Origin: Octopus bimaculoides
Taxonomy: Eukaryota
Assembly: GCF_001194135.2 (NCBI RefSeq)
Contig: NC_068982.1
Span: 23,109,539-23,152,321 of the forward strand
Direction of reading: 5' to 3'
DNA: 42,783 nucleotides
The translations under genes were made by a program, and so were the position numbers. Numbering within the stretch: position 1 is the first letter of the stretch; each line of letters starts with the position of its first letter. This document shows positions 24,165 to 37,829 of this stretch, in pieces. The notes under the pieces are model-generated. The model saw only the letters and a list, made by a program, of their open reading frames with translations. It searched no databases and was not told where the DNA came from.

Positions 24165-25290
24165 GCTTGAAATTTCCAGCGTTAAACTGCATACTGTTTC
24201 CTTCTCCATATTTATGTATGGCATCTAGATTTTACTGTAGATTAACATCGAAAATTTTCTGGACTGCTTGTACTACTGCATCGTCTGCATAAGTAAGTGT
24301 GGCTATCCGTACAACTTATAGCATCTCCCAAAGAGCTACTATAAACAGGAGCGGTCCAGTGACAGTTCCTTGAGGCACCCCACTCGCTATTAGTGTCTTC
24401 TTGGGAAGGCCCCTTTTGCTGCCACAGCCTGGCTTCTGATTTTAAGAAGTCATGTAACCTCTTTCCTTGTTTTCCGACCACGACGCTTGTGACATATCGT
24501 CACATGATGAACCTTGCCAAAGACCTTTGCAAAATTGAGATATATCACATGTATTTGAGCAATTCATTAGTTGATTCAGCACCAGTCATAATGCTGCAAA
24601 AGCTGTCTAAAGTAGTTTTATCCTGAGCGAAAGACATGCTACGTGTAGGGAGCAGGTCATTATCTTCGAAGAATGAGATCAGATTTTCCTGACAATACGT
24701 CAGCTTCCTCCTGACTTTAATGACATGTAATGTTAGTGAGACACAGGACCATAATTTGTAGCCTCCGCTCTGGTAACACCTTTGTGGATAGGACATATGC
24801 TTTCCTTTAAATTTCTGGAAAGTCTCCCAGCTGCAAGGAAGCTTTAAGAGGGGACCGTTAGTGGTATTGATTGATCCCCTTTACATGTTGTTTTTTGGAG
24901 GATTCTTGGGAATCTATCATGACTTGCGGTTGAGTTTATGCTCACTTCATCAAGGGCTGACATTCTACCAGTTTCCTTTGATATAATCAATAATTGGCAT
25001 AGCCTTTTCAAAATATCTCAACGGAGTTGTGGAAACAGTTTTGCGTTGCACATTCAGGATTTCACTTATCCTTTGGGGATTCTACAATCAGTGGGCCATT
25101 TTCGTCGAACAATGCCTCTCTCTTTGCCTCTCTCTTATTCTGTACAGAAGCAAACACGTTTGCAAATCTCCGGAAGTTTTTATGGTTTTTCTTTACATTT
25201 TTTACAGCCCTGGTTTCATTTTATGCCCTTTCCTTTTCATGGGAGTTCCTGGGCTAACATTCAGCCTGAAGCAATGCTTGTCTGAGATAA
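24165..25290 (-). mobile_element. CR1-clade LINE ORF2 fragment (linker plus reverse transcriptase), decayed
   Basis: Minus strand reads VKNVKKNHKNFRRFAN (linker), VSLTLHVIKV...FFEDNDLL, VIYLNFAKVFGKVHH, SGVPQGTVTGPLLF (24368-24384), TYADDA (YADD at 24280-24291) and NSMQFNAG, with many stops and frameshifts. Confidence 0.88.
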
Positions 25291-26102
25291 GATTATATTA
25301 AAATATTTCGACATGAGTAAATTTCCCTTTGAACTATAAGAATATATGTTGATCCATTACGAAAGTTTTTGCTCTATGGTTCATTTACTTGTTCTTGGTA
25401 ATTTTTGCAGGAGAAAGATTAAGTTATCGAGTTGTACAATATCTTCCATTGTTTCTTGGACAATGTTTTCATAATGTTCATCACAAAGGTCTTCAATGTA
25501 TTGAGTAAAATATCTTCGGTTATTCTTCGAATACTTCATGTTGAATTGCATATACTTTAGAATATCAAATAATTTCTAAGTTTTCGACATTAGAAAAACA
25601 ATTTACGAAAATTACAGACGAACTCATGAAAGTGAATTCATTCATTTTTGCCTATGTTTTGTTTCATTATTTTCTGGAAGATCTGAAGTGTACTTCGCAC
25701 CTTATAGTTTAAAAAAATTCTATCTCTCTAATACTAACCTATGTTGCTTTGAAACGGAATACTGACATGAAAATATCTAAAGTCACTTTTCTCTAAGTAT
25801 ACGGAGACGTTAAGTTACTAAAGCTGTGTAAATGGGGAAAAAGAAAATGTAACACCGTTAACTTTCTGAACAATTCTATCCAGAACTAAGTTAATTATAT
25901 ATGAATAACAATGAATGTAATCGCTGCGTTCAAACCCTTCTCCTTCAATACTGTCTGCTCAATATTATTACACCTGGCATCATACGGTTGGCTACTGTAT
26001 TGAGTTTTAGAGTTTATGACATTTTCTCTCACATTTACATTTCTCAGTTCACTGTTATCTTTACTAAAACTTCATAAATTTATTTTGCATTCAACTGCAC
26101 AG

Positions 26103-26123
26103 CTGATGCTAATAGAGAGCTGG
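26103..26123 (+). CDS. Candidate 21-nt internal coding microexon (phase 1-1; xDANREL) of an unidentified host gene
   Basis: Acceptor ttattttgcattcaactgcacAG, branch-like TACTAAA at 26062-26068, strong donor GG|GTAAGC. It joins in frame to 26788 to give DANRELVSIMDKF. No transcript evidence is available. Confidence 0.45.
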
Positions 26124-26787
26124 GTAAGCATTGCACAATCGGTAGTTTCGTCTACTTGCACTGAAATAGATGGAAAAATGTTCAACGTCAGTTTGAATTT
26201 TCTTGGCTATTATACTATTCTTTTTAGATATAATGTTTTCCTATTGATTTTGAAACATTTGAAAAATACTTCGATTATTTTTGCTTGAGAAATTTCTTGC
26301 AGAGACGCTATATATTTTAGCGCCTATAATTACTTTTGTTAAGATTATTTTTTCATTATCATATTCGCACAATGGCAGTTCTTGTTTGCACACCTATAAT
26401 ATATTTACCGACTGCTTTAAATGGTCTCTATTTTCAGCAGCCAGCCTGCTTTCCGTTCCTTTTCAACATTTGCATGCTCACTTTTAACAGGTAATATGCT
26501 ACACAACAGGAAATGTTCTGAAGCATTGAAAATATTGGAGTATTTAAATGTCTCATACATTCAGAATGATGTTTCTTATCGCCCAAAATATATTTATAAT
26601 TAGTAAAACCATCTTCTGTAATTGGACTGTAAAATTAAGCATAGGTAGCAATATAGGTATGCTTCTGAAGCCAGCTAGTATATTAATATTATCTGATATC
26701 ACATGAACGCGTGCTCACACTTCTTTTCAACTGAGCAGGAAATCGTCCTGATTTGGTACTCTCTCGATTTTTATTAATAATTCCCAG

Positions 26788-26905
26788 TCTCCATTATGGA
26801 TAAATTTAAAATGGATTCCTTAAAGAATCGTCTTCCTAGGAGATTTCCGTCTGTAGAATTGCCACTCCTGCCTACTATATCTGAAAATTCTCATCCCAGC
26901 GCACT
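26788..26905 (+). CDS. Candidate coding exon (V)SIMDKFKMDSLKNRLPRRFPSVELPLLPTISENSHPSA(L), unidentified protein
   Basis: Acceptor ttttattaataattcccAG and consensus donor CT|GTGAGT at 26906. It is open throughout in the phase-1 frame and lies in non-repetitive sequence. ATG 26796 could alternatively be a start codon. Confidence 0.5.
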
Positions 26906-27539
26906 GTGAGTATAATTCGTATAATTAGGATAGCTTAAATAGATTCCTTTGTGTTATGCATATTTTGAAAGAGGTGGTGTTATCTGCATCAACGGTGTTA
27001 ATGTTATAGATAGTCGTGGTGATAGTGTTAATGAAATTGTTAGTTGAGTTGTGAAGGAAAGGCTATCAATAACCGACCATACTTGGTAACAATGATCTGT
27101 TGTCATCGCTAATCGTATTACATTACTGGCGAGCGATTAAAGATGTGCACAAGAGCCCAAACGTAAATCAGAGCTTTAGAAGCTTTTCACGTACAATATC
27201 GTATATAAACTGACGTCTTACAGCTCAAACGTTTTCGAGATACAAGAACGGATTTTATAAGCTTCAGCTGGTTTCCTTCAATGTTGTTTATATTTCATAC
27301 AGTGGCGTACGGTGGTTGTTGTTTTGGTTGTGCTTCCACACCCAATGCCACCACATTTCAAGCAAGGATATAACAAACATTTTCCATTAAGAGTTGTGAT
27401 TAAATTAATGAGTAAAGTTAATATTTATAATGAATGTGCTATTTTAGATGGGTGTGCAGCGCACACCTAGCAGACCAGGAATATACGAATCTGATTCCAT
27501 TATCATGAAAGCAAAATTTACAGACGTCAACTTTTTATA

Positions 27540-27895
<356 letters not shown>

Positions 27896-27899
<4 letters not shown>

Positions 27900-28065
27900 A
27901 AAAATACCTTAGGAATGAGAACTCAGTTTCAAAATTTCCCCAACACACTTCATGAAGGCTGGAGAGTAAATCAGTCGAAACATTGTGTTAACAACAAACA
28001 AGATGAGAACAAATATCCGTCAAATGTAAACAATGTAAATAATGTACATAATTCCTCATCTCTTC
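27896..28065 (+). mobile_element. Headless tail of the same SINE family (copy C), inverted and abutting the head of copy B
   Basis: atcgaaaaataccttaggaatgagaac...ttcatgaaggctggagagtaaatcagtcgaaacattgtgttaacaacaaacaagatgag...ccgtcaaatgtaaacaatgtaaataatgt is collinear with 6225-6378. Confidence 0.88.
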
Positions 28066-29789
28066 AATATAGAACTGTCAACTTTTTATGTCTTGAAATT
28101 CTAACAAAGCTATATTGTTTTAAATATATTCTTTATGATTTTCAGGTTGAAAGTCATTAGTCCGAGTCACTACATTGCTCTTTGCCAGATCTTTTTCAAT
28201 TTTATGCCCTTCTTCTAGTTGTCTCATTACAAGTCGGTTCTGCATTCAATATAGAAAATTTCGACAAGAAATACACTGTATGATGTCTAAATACTTTTAG
28301 AAGGAAGAATGTTGATTTGTTAAATAGGAAAAATAATCATGAGAAAACTGAGGTGCTTAAACGAATGAAGTCATATGTCATCTAGTTTTCTTCGTGAAAT
28401 ATTCCCAGTGTAATTTCATAAACATATTTCGTCTCGTGATAAAATATGGAGTTACACGAAATATTTTCGGAAAGAAAATTCTCACCTAGTAAATCGAACG
28501 AATGAATGAACAAATCTATAAAACTGAATCTTTAACTTCACTCAAACGAGCATAATTTTTTTTTTATTGTTTTCCCTTGAATCACTGATGGTTTTCTTCT
28601 GCATAACGCAACAAGCTCAGTGTTGATGATATAGTTTAGAAGTTTACTTACGAGCTAAAATTTCTGGTTCGACCTTACGGTGTTGCGCATTAAAAGAATA
28701 TGTTCACCATAGCTTCCAATCGAATAAGGTGTGGAAATAATGTAGAAACCCTACTAAAATGCGCAAACAATGTGCAAGTCTGAGTATGGAAGTAAATTCC
28801 TTCTCTTGGGGGTGGGTGGGTTAGATATTTACTCTTCCCACGTTTAACGTCTCCAACTGTTCGTCAATTGATTTTAGTGAAGTTCAAGCAATCATATATA
28901 TTGCATGACCAGGTGTGTGAGCTGAGGTGAACATGATTCCTTAGTATTAGCTGTCATAGTGAGCCCGAAAGAAACATGAAGTCACGACATGATTAAAGAA
29001 AAATATCAAAAGAAAATTATAAGCAAGAATCAGCATATGGTTTTAGGTTTCACTCCAAATCTTAAAAAGTAAAATACAAAAGCAACAACAGTTAAAAAGG
29101 ATTCTTAGTTCAAAATTAAGTGATTGAAAGGAGATAAGAAATCGGTGTCTAAACCCGACTGGAGCAAGTTTCAATACATTTAATACATTTCAATACATTT
29201 CCAAAGAGTCATATAAATCGAAAAGTTTTGTATCCATTTAAAATATGTCGGTGGGATTCTCAGTAAAGAAGTAGTCAATAATTATCTCCATTAACTCCAG
29301 ATAAAACAAACATCTATATATATATATATACATAATACNNNNNNNNNNNNNNNNNNNNNNNNNNNNNNNNNNNNNNNNNNNNNNNNNNNNNNNNNNNNNN
29401 NNNNNNNNNNNNNNNNNNNNNNNNNNNNNNNNNNNNNNNNNNNNNNNNNNNNNNNNNNNNNNNNNNNNNNNNNNNNNNNNNNNNNNNNNNNNNNNNNNNN
29501 NNNNNNTATATATGTATATGTATATATATATATGTATATATATATTAATAGTTATCGCCAAGCCAATATAGCAGTCCCAAAAATAGGACGAATGCTGCCG
29601 TTGATTAGCTCCAAAAAGCCATCGCCTCTAGCTAGCTATGTGACACACGAACCTATGTCCATTATAACCTTCGAACAGGGGAGGTCAGCCGCTCCCCCTT
29701 GCTGGTCTGGCATCTACAGACTAGTTTCGGGATGTTGCCCCTTATCAACAGTAGCGACGCCTGCTGGTTTCGGCTGCTCTTCATTGTCT

Positions 29790-29825
29790 TCGTGAGTTCA
29801 ATGCACTAACCACAAAGCCACGCGC
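29790..29825 (-). mobile_element. Short tRNA-like SINE head remnant
   Basis: Minus strand reads gcgcgTGGCTTTGTGGttagtgcattgaactcacga, an A-box-like motif; no B-box follows. Confidence 0.45.
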
Positions 29826-30437
29826 TTTGGATCTGTTATTTATCTGAATTAATCTGATGTTAATCGTAGATATAGTGATAGGGCTGGTAGTGTAGATGGT
29901 GGGAAAGGGGAATCCTTAGAAATAGCACTACCTCTGACACCACACTGTCAATGCTACTAAAACTACTACCACAACGACTAGCAGCAGCAGCAGCAGCAAC
30001 AAAACCACCACCACCACCACCACTAGCACCACCACCACAACCACAACCTCCACCACCGATTACTATCCTCATAACTATCACCACCACGCAGCAAAAGAAC
30101 ATCCTATACTGACGCTAAAACACATAGAAATGGTAGCGGATCCGTTTCTAGTTATTTCATCACCATTAGAAAGGAATTAAACATTTGACACAGTGGTTCT
30201 AGAAACGCTATGTGTGAAACCAAGACAGAATGATTAAGAACGGAACTACTTCGATTAGATGTCTGCTTGACTCAGGTTAGCATTAAGCTAAACAATATAC
30301 CGATACTATTGCTACTATTACCTTCCCAGCACGGCTACTATCACTTCTCGACAATCAACCGGCTATATTAACTCTAATAGAACAGCACATACGCAATAAA
30401 ACCATCACTACTACCATTCAGCCACCAAACATATATA

Positions 30438-31044
30438 CGGGGTGCGGAGAATAAACTGTCGTCTAAATTATGCGAAAATGAAAATAACGCTGACATCTCA
30501 TTTTAACAGATATATTTAACAAAACTACATGAAAATATCTTGAAATACTAAAGTGTAAATTTATTTAATAAAAATTCGCCATTGGCTTCAACCACGGCCT
30601 CCAGACGACTTCGGAATTTCCTGCAACTCTTGTGGACTGTCTCCTTGTTGAAAGTGGTGAATGCTGCCATAATTCTTGCCTTCAGTTCATCTTTGGTGTT
30701 ACAGGAGTTTTGTTGGTCTCTCGCTCAGCTATTAATGACCGTGATGTTAACTAGATGTTTGATTTTTGTTACTCTCACTACATGTTCTAAGATTGCACTG
30801 TCCTCAGATTGAACCCAGACATTGTGAAACGTTTGTATTGGTGCTTCCGGTGCGAATGCCAAGCACTACTGCCTGTCGTTTCTAAATTTCTGACCGAGTG
30901 AATTGCGTCATGGTAGTGTTTTTCCTCATACTAGGTACCCATCTGACCCTACAATACTTTGCAGTCGACAAAATCAAAGACAAACAATGCGCACCCACGA
31001 AATTAAAAAAATATATATGGCGACAATTTACTCATTACACCTTG
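30438..31044 (-). mobile_element. Internally deleted mariner/maT (DD37D-like) element with both TIRs
   Basis: Imperfect ~28-bp TIRs (CGGGGTGCGGAGAATAAACTGTCGTC / GGCGACAATTTACTCATTACACCTTG) in TA context. Minus-strand N-terminus MTQFTRSEI*KRQAVVLGIRTGSTNTNVSQCLG (ATG at 30911) and C-terminal CNTKDELKARIMAAFTTFNKETVHKSCRKFRSRLEAVVEANGEF (30575-30715). Confidence 0.88.
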
Positions 31045-31062
31045 TTTATATGAATATATATA

Positions 31063-31179
<117 letters not shown>

Positions 31180-32346
31180 ACACACACACATACACACACA
31201 TATATTGTATAGCACTATATATCCATAGGAGGTGCTTTCTCAAGTCGACTACAGCAGTGCAGCAGCTTTCTCTGTTTTTTGTTTATATATTTACGTAAAT
31301 TAAGATATACAGAATTCTTATCTAAACTGATGCTGACCGCTTTGTCGTTAAGAACCGATGTATATATAATTAAGAATCAGTTGAATTAGGTGCCTCTTAA
31401 GTTGTGGCATCAAGTCTATCCGGTATGGGCCGCACAGCCCGGAGTTAGGTGAATAAAAAGCAAATAAATAACAAGAATGTCCAGGTATCAGTGCTTCCTG
31501 GAATCCTTGTTTGCTTTATATATATATCGAGAATGAGAGATAGAGGGAGAGAAAGATGGAGAGAGAGAGAGAGAGAGACAGACAGAGAGAAAGGTGGGTA
31601 GAGAGAGGAAGGAAGAGAGATGACATTCGCTTAGGCACTGCGAATCTAATACTCTGGTGTAGAACTCAATATACATATGCCTCAAAACGTTAACCGATTA
31701 CAAAACAGTATTAAGAAAATGAAATGACAAAGGGAGAGATGATCATCATAAGTTCATAACATACTGTTCTATTCAATCGTCATTTCATTTTCTTATATNN
31801 NNNNNNNNNNNNNNNNNNNNNNNNNNNNNNNNNNNNNNNNNNNNNNNNNNNNNNNNNNNNNNNNNNNNNNNNNNNNNNNNNNNNNNNNNNNNNNNNNNNN
31901 NNNNNNNNNNNNNNNNNNNNNNNNNNNNNNNNNNNNNNNNNNNNNNNNNNNNNNNNNNNNNNNNNNNNNNNNNNNNNNNNNNNNNNNNNNNNNNNNNNNN
32001 NNNNNNNNNNNNNNNNNNNNNNNNNNNNNNNNNNNNNNNNNNNNNNNNNNNNNNNNNNNNNNNNNNNNNNNNNNNNNNNNNNNNNNNNNNNNNNNNNNNN
32101 NNNNNNNNNNNNNNNNNNNNNNNNNNNNNNNNNNNNNNNNNNNNNNNNNNNNNNNNNNNNNNNNNNNNNNNNNNNNNNNNNNNNNNNNNNNNNNNNNNNN
32201 NNNNNNNNNNNNNNNNNNNNNNNNNNNNNNNNNNNNNNNNNNNNNNNNNNNNNNNNNNNNNNNNNNNNNNNNNNNNNNNNNNNNNNNNNNNNNNNNNNNN
32301 NNNNNATATATACATATATATATATATAAGTATATATATTTATATA

Positions 32347-32384
<38 letters not shown>

Positions 32385-32599
32385 CATATATGTGTGTGTG
32401 TGTATGCGTTTGTTTGTGTATATTATGTACATACATAAGTGGTTGTCTACATACTTAGACACACAAACAGACACACACACACTCACATATGGATAATTGC
32501 TGTGTTTTGCAAAAACGGTGGAAGAAAGAGAACTTAGAGACTAAAGCGGTGTATTTCATCGGTAGACATGGCGAGAAGAGAGACTGAAGAGAACGATCT

Positions 32600-32945
32600 T
32601 TGGTTCTGAGACGCCGTCCAAAGATTTATAAATACTTTGATACGAAAATGTAACATCATGATGTTGAGTAGGTGTTTGATTTTTATCACTCTCGGAACAT
32701 ATTCTCGGATTAACACCCAAACACTGAAATGTTCGTATTGGAGCCTCCGGTGAAAATGCCAAGCAGGACTGCCTGTCGTTTCCAAATTTCAGGCAGAGTG
32801 AATTTCGTCATGGTGCTGGTTTTCTCACAGACGGTGCCCAACGTATCCTACTATACTGTGTATTCGACAAAATCAAAAACAAACAATGCACATGCGCGAA
32901 AGAAAAAAAAACATAAAATGGCGACAATTTATTCATCGCAACCTG
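32600..32945 (-). mobile_element. Second, partial copy of the same maT-like family (5' TIR, N-terminus and a mid-transposase piece)
   Basis: TIR ggcgacaatttattcatcgcaacctg followed by TA; MTKFTLPEIWKRQAVLLGIFTGGSNTNISV (ATG at 32811); YVPRVIKIKHLLNIMM. Collinear with 30745-31044. Confidence 0.85.
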
Positions 32946-33258
32946 TATATATTTATATGTAGATGTATATATATATATGCATGCATAATACAACGATGAT
33001 TTAGACTTGGTTGAAATAATGCAAATAATTTTGAAAGTGAACTTTCAAATAAACTTCCTTATATTATTCTACATACTTAATAACGTGATCAAGGCTTCAA
33101 AAATTCTAAATTGAATATTGCATTATTTATGAATAAGACATTGGTTGCTGAGGAAGAAAATAACATTCATACATAATAAAGTAACCCTGCTATCTAATTA
33201 TAAACTTCATTTTCTTTGTTTGTCAGATCATCATTTTCATAATAATTATCATCCGCAC

Positions 33259-33281
33259 CATCATCATCATCATCATCATCA

Positions 33282-33372
<91 letters not shown>
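33259..33372. repeat. (CAT)n(TAT)n compound microsatellite
   Basis: Directly visible. Confidence 0.95.
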
Positions 33373-33374
<2 letters not shown>

Positions 33375-36300
33375 TTTTTCTTATTAGTTTTTTTCCTTCT
33401 TAATATTTAGGCGATATTTTCCTTAGTCGCACGGGAATGGATTTTAAAAATTCTATATTAATTAGTTTTGTCATAAAAAAATTATTTTAATTGGCCAGCC
33501 GGAAAAAAATGCAAATTAAGTTTAATGTGTATTTACATAATGTCCTAAGCTGATGACTCTAAAAAAAAAAAAATGAAAAATAATGAAAAAGTAGAAAATC
33601 GAATTAGTATAGGAAGAAGGTAAAACAGAGAAATATCATTAGTTATATGTATTTTTTTTTTTGTGTGCGGCTGTTTATTGAGAGTGACTTTTGAAATGAA
33701 GTAGACTTATTTCTTATAAAATTTCTTTAAAGAGAGTAGAAGAAAGAAAAAAACAGACAAATATTTTTGGATAGCTTCTAATACCAATAGAACGAAATGC
33801 TGTTACATTTTGAATGCTAATATAGTTTGTCTTATAACTGCTAGTGTAAGAGAAAATTGTTTTTTTTAATGGAGTTCAACATAGAATATTGATTATACGC
33901 TAACTCTAGTCCATTAGAATTTAGGAGTGTTAAGCTATTTTTTTTTAATATAATTTGTATTACTTTATATATTTCTCCGTTTGTTTTTTCTTCAAATATA
34001 TTGCTCCAAAATGTTATATTGTTTTAGCCTATTACTGTTAGTAAGTATTTTTTTCTCAAATCTACTCGAGTAGACGTTTATAGCACAACTATCTCATGAG
34101 ACTAAATGCTTTGAAGTGACAATTAGATCCAACACACCTCATTTACGAGGTTTCTATTTAAGTACGAACTGCCTAATTGCTACTTCGCATATGAAGTGTG
34201 TTTGAATAATCTAGTAATAAGCTGTATCTACTTTTCTACCTTCATTTTAGTGTATCCTGTTGGGTATACAATCGCGATGTCTGCTGTTTGAATATATCAT
34301 TATTTGTGATCGCTTGGCATGATGTTAATCATAGAACTGGTTGTACCATGGTCACAGTGTCAAGGTCATCCCAGTCTCCGACCTCCATATCTTAACTAGA
34401 ATGCATAAGGCTCTTGTGGTTTGCAAGTTCTAAATATTTGCATACATTACTAAAACAAAATTGCATTAAACTTTAGTGTTAAACTTTCCTTAATACATGA
34501 TAGTGTAATATTTGTTTTTTTTAAAATGATCAGATCTTTGGATGATATGCAGTCAGTTCTCAGTACAAAATATGTTAATTATCCACTACCAGTTGAGCAG
34601 GAATATTTTCATGTTGAACAATACCTTCATCAGTTTAAGGAGCTTCGACTGATCGGCCTTTAGAACTTCATCTATAAAATCTGCATGTCAAAACCATGAA
34701 AATATTTTATCGTATGTAATTCTTTAGCTACTTGTTGTTGTATATAAAGTGTTGTCCTTGTTCTACTGATCTAAATAATTAGGATATTCCAGTTAGCGTA
34801 TGAATTAGCATATTTTGTTATTTCATCGTCATTAGAAAGTACGGAATATGTCAATAGATACGACTGTTTGGAAGCTAATAGTACAACATTTCCATTTGTA
34901 ATTCCTTATTTCTTTTTTATTTTGTAGCATTTTTACAGTTGTGCGGGGTTCACTCATTCTTGCAGTGAAGCGACCAAGGTGTTGTTCCAATCGACACATC
35001 GCTACGTCTCACTTTAGAAGCAAATCATTCCAGCTGGTGGGTGAAGGCTCCGTTTCCTGACATGAGTAAGACGATAGAATCCGAGAACTGGAATTTGAAC
35101 ACAGTGCTTAAACACTTGAAACGAACCCGCTGGACATCTTGTTCAAAGCTTTAGCAATTTCATCAATTCATTGCTCTGGATTGATATTTGATTTTGTCAA
35201 ATCCGAAATTATGAAATGCATAAATGACTTCAAAGGGAGTTAAAGAGCAAGGAATCAAAAAATATATCGCAAATCATTGTATCCCAATGGTTCTCAAGCT
35301 GACGCATGCCCCTTCCTCTCAGAAAAAAAAATATTGGTGAAGATTTTGTCCTTGCCCTTTTATTTATGAGAAGACAATTACTGCTTGCATCCATATTCAG
35401 TCTTGTTCCTTCATCACTGTGTTGGACAAGTTTCAAAAGATCTTAATTTCATTTAATATAGTAAATTGTCCGGCCATATTTCGATCACCACAGGACTACA
35501 CGCAATGAGTAACACTGCTTTATACAACTTTCTAACGTCTCCACCAATTCGCATCGTTTTTTATTTCTTAAATAACCAAACAAATACTATTTGCTATCGT
35601 GTTTTAGTAAAATGAATTTATCATCACTGAATCAATTAACTAAAAACCACCATTCATCGCATGACCACACACTGCTCGTTTGTAGAAAAGAGCATGAATC
35701 AGAAGCACGCATATTCTTTTTCTCCAATCCATCTAAATGCCTGTCCACCATCAAAAGAAACTAAATGGATAAATTTCCATTTGCCGTTTCGATTTTTGTT
35801 ACAACCGTTTCATATATCACTAATTTCCTCCACAAATGCATGACAGTATTACATTTCCATTTGCATACACAAAAGTAAATAAATAGATAAATAAATAAAT
35901 CGACAACTCTACCAATTACCTTTTCCTTCTTTTTTCTTTATTTGTTTATTTCATTCTTGATATATTTATCTATATCATCTATCTNNNNNNNNNNATATCT
36001 GTCACTTCACTTACTGCGTTCGAATATATATATGCTATATACTAAATTATTCCGTTCATAGTAGCATGCACGTTTGTTTGGAAAATCGAGGTAAGGCGTG
36101 AGGAAAATATTTGAGAAACACGATTCTAAATTATAATTTAACTTCTGTTTTCACCAGATCCTCATAGTTTATTTTTAAAATCATACTCTTTCTTTTTTAT
36201 ACTCTCCGTCATTTGAATAAAAACAAAATTACTTCTGCGTTTCTATTCTTTTTAGAAATTTACACTCATTACTTGCCAATGTTGTTCGTCTCGTAACTAC

Positions 36301-37753
36301 TTCCTCATCATTTTATAATATATCCATTCTGAATCTCTACACCAGAACACATGAATTAAACCTTCAACACAACATGTTCATAATCCCACTTTCTTCCAGT
36401 CTTGTTTACTCTTTTCTTTCTCCCCTCTCTCTCTCTTCCTCTCTTACTATTTCTATTCCCTCTGATTGATTTCGTTCTCTTCATTTCTTTACAGCATTCT
36501 AGATTCTTTGTCTGTATGTCACATCTCTCCTTTCATTGAAATATCATTTTATTCTTTTATTGCATTCTCCACTTTTTCTTTCATTTCCACTTTTCTTTCA
36601 TTTCCACTTTTATTTTAGCACTTTTCCATTCTTTATTGGGCCTTTCTTTTTTTCGTTCTGTTTTTTTAAAATCCCCTCTCTCTCACCCCATTTCTTTCTT
36701 ATTCGTTCCCTTTATCCTATCCTTATATTAAGTGATAACCAAAAATGTTCCGAAATAAAACGTCATCATTTCAATAAAGGCTTGCCATTTAGTTCTCGGC
36801 TAGACTCTCCTTGCACAAAATGCCTGGATTGCGTGAGATATAGACCAGTACATATATTTAATAATGGTTTTGTTTTGGATTAATACAACCCAGAAGGGTT
36901 GGGCTTGATTATCTTCTGAACCAAAACGTAATTTCTTATCACAAAAATCACAAAAAAAAAAAAAAACACAAAAGACCAGAAACAACAATAAAGCGTTCAA
37001 AAACAAAGCAACATAAAATGAAATAAAAAGAAATATTGACTGCGTTTGACCCGTGAAGCAAGCTTAAGGACGGCGAGATATACAAGGATATTCATGCACT
37101 GGCAAGATTTAAACGTAGGACATTAACCATATAAGGCACTTAATCCATCGTACGATGCTATTCATTTGTTATTATATTGACATCGTAACATACATTTTAT
37201 AAAAGAGGGTTATAGTCAAGGGAAATAACCCCAGAAATTTTGCTTGTACTTAATTTATAAGTCCTTCACATGAAGCAAACTTGTTCTCAGAAACAAAAAT
37301 AGCAGGGCGGGAAAGTATACTCGTTGAGTCTGTCGTAAAAGAAAGATATAACAAAATTGCATAGAACTATGATGGATGCAGTGTCATTGAATAAACACTT
37401 CTGTTATTCGATCAAGAAGCCTATATTATTTTTCAATCTCCTACCGGCAAATGGGACAATGTCGGGAAATGGTGTAAGAAATAGCGGCAAGTATGCTGCA
37501 AAGAAGAGAGTGCTGCATACTTTTCTCGATACTAAAAGAGGAAACAGAAGGAAAGAAATATTCCTATTAAAGGCTTCTTAGAAAAGGATTGTCTTCGGAG
37601 AATTAATGCAGTCCCTAATAAAAGAAAACAAAACATAAAGAAAACATTAACTCAAACATCGGAAACAATGAAAAATAGAAGCGTTGCCAGTAAGGAAAAT
37701 TAAGAAAGAGAATAACAGTGAGAATATACACTACTTTGAGATAATACCTTGAG

Positions 37754-37829
<76 letters not shown>

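Noticed and set aside
25389-25575. Minus-strand open segment KLFDILKYMQFNMKYSKNNRRYFTQYIEDLCDEHYENIVQETMEDIVQLDNLIFLLQKLPRT with AG/GTAAAT borders
   Set aside because: It looks protein-like, but I recognise no homology, it abuts the CR1 fragment, and it would be antisense to the better-supported plus-strand exons. It cannot be supported without a search.
26438-26490. 53-nt (or 50-nt) exon-like segment with NAGNAG acceptor and GTAATA donor
   Set aside because: It would shift the frame between the two flanking candidate exons. At most it is a non-coding or poison exon, and there is no evidence for that.
27300-27530. Exon-like MGVQRTPSRPGIYESDSIIMKAKF after a TTTTAG acceptor
   Set aside because: There is no good donor, and the surrounding CAGTGGCGTA...GGGTGTGCAGCGCACACC resembles a MITE terminus; more likely TE debris.
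34330-34400. Minus-strand KIWRSETGMTLTL, resembling a WD40 repeat
   Set aside because: A stop follows immediately, there is no GH dipeptide or good donor, and the match is too short.
34533-34685. Overlapping exon-like frames on both strands (SLDDMQSVLSTKYVNYPLPVEQEYF on plus; DFIDEVLKADQSKLLKLMK on minus)
   Set aside because: Both strands have plausible splice sites and neither peptide is recognisable, so I cannot choose between them or exclude chance.
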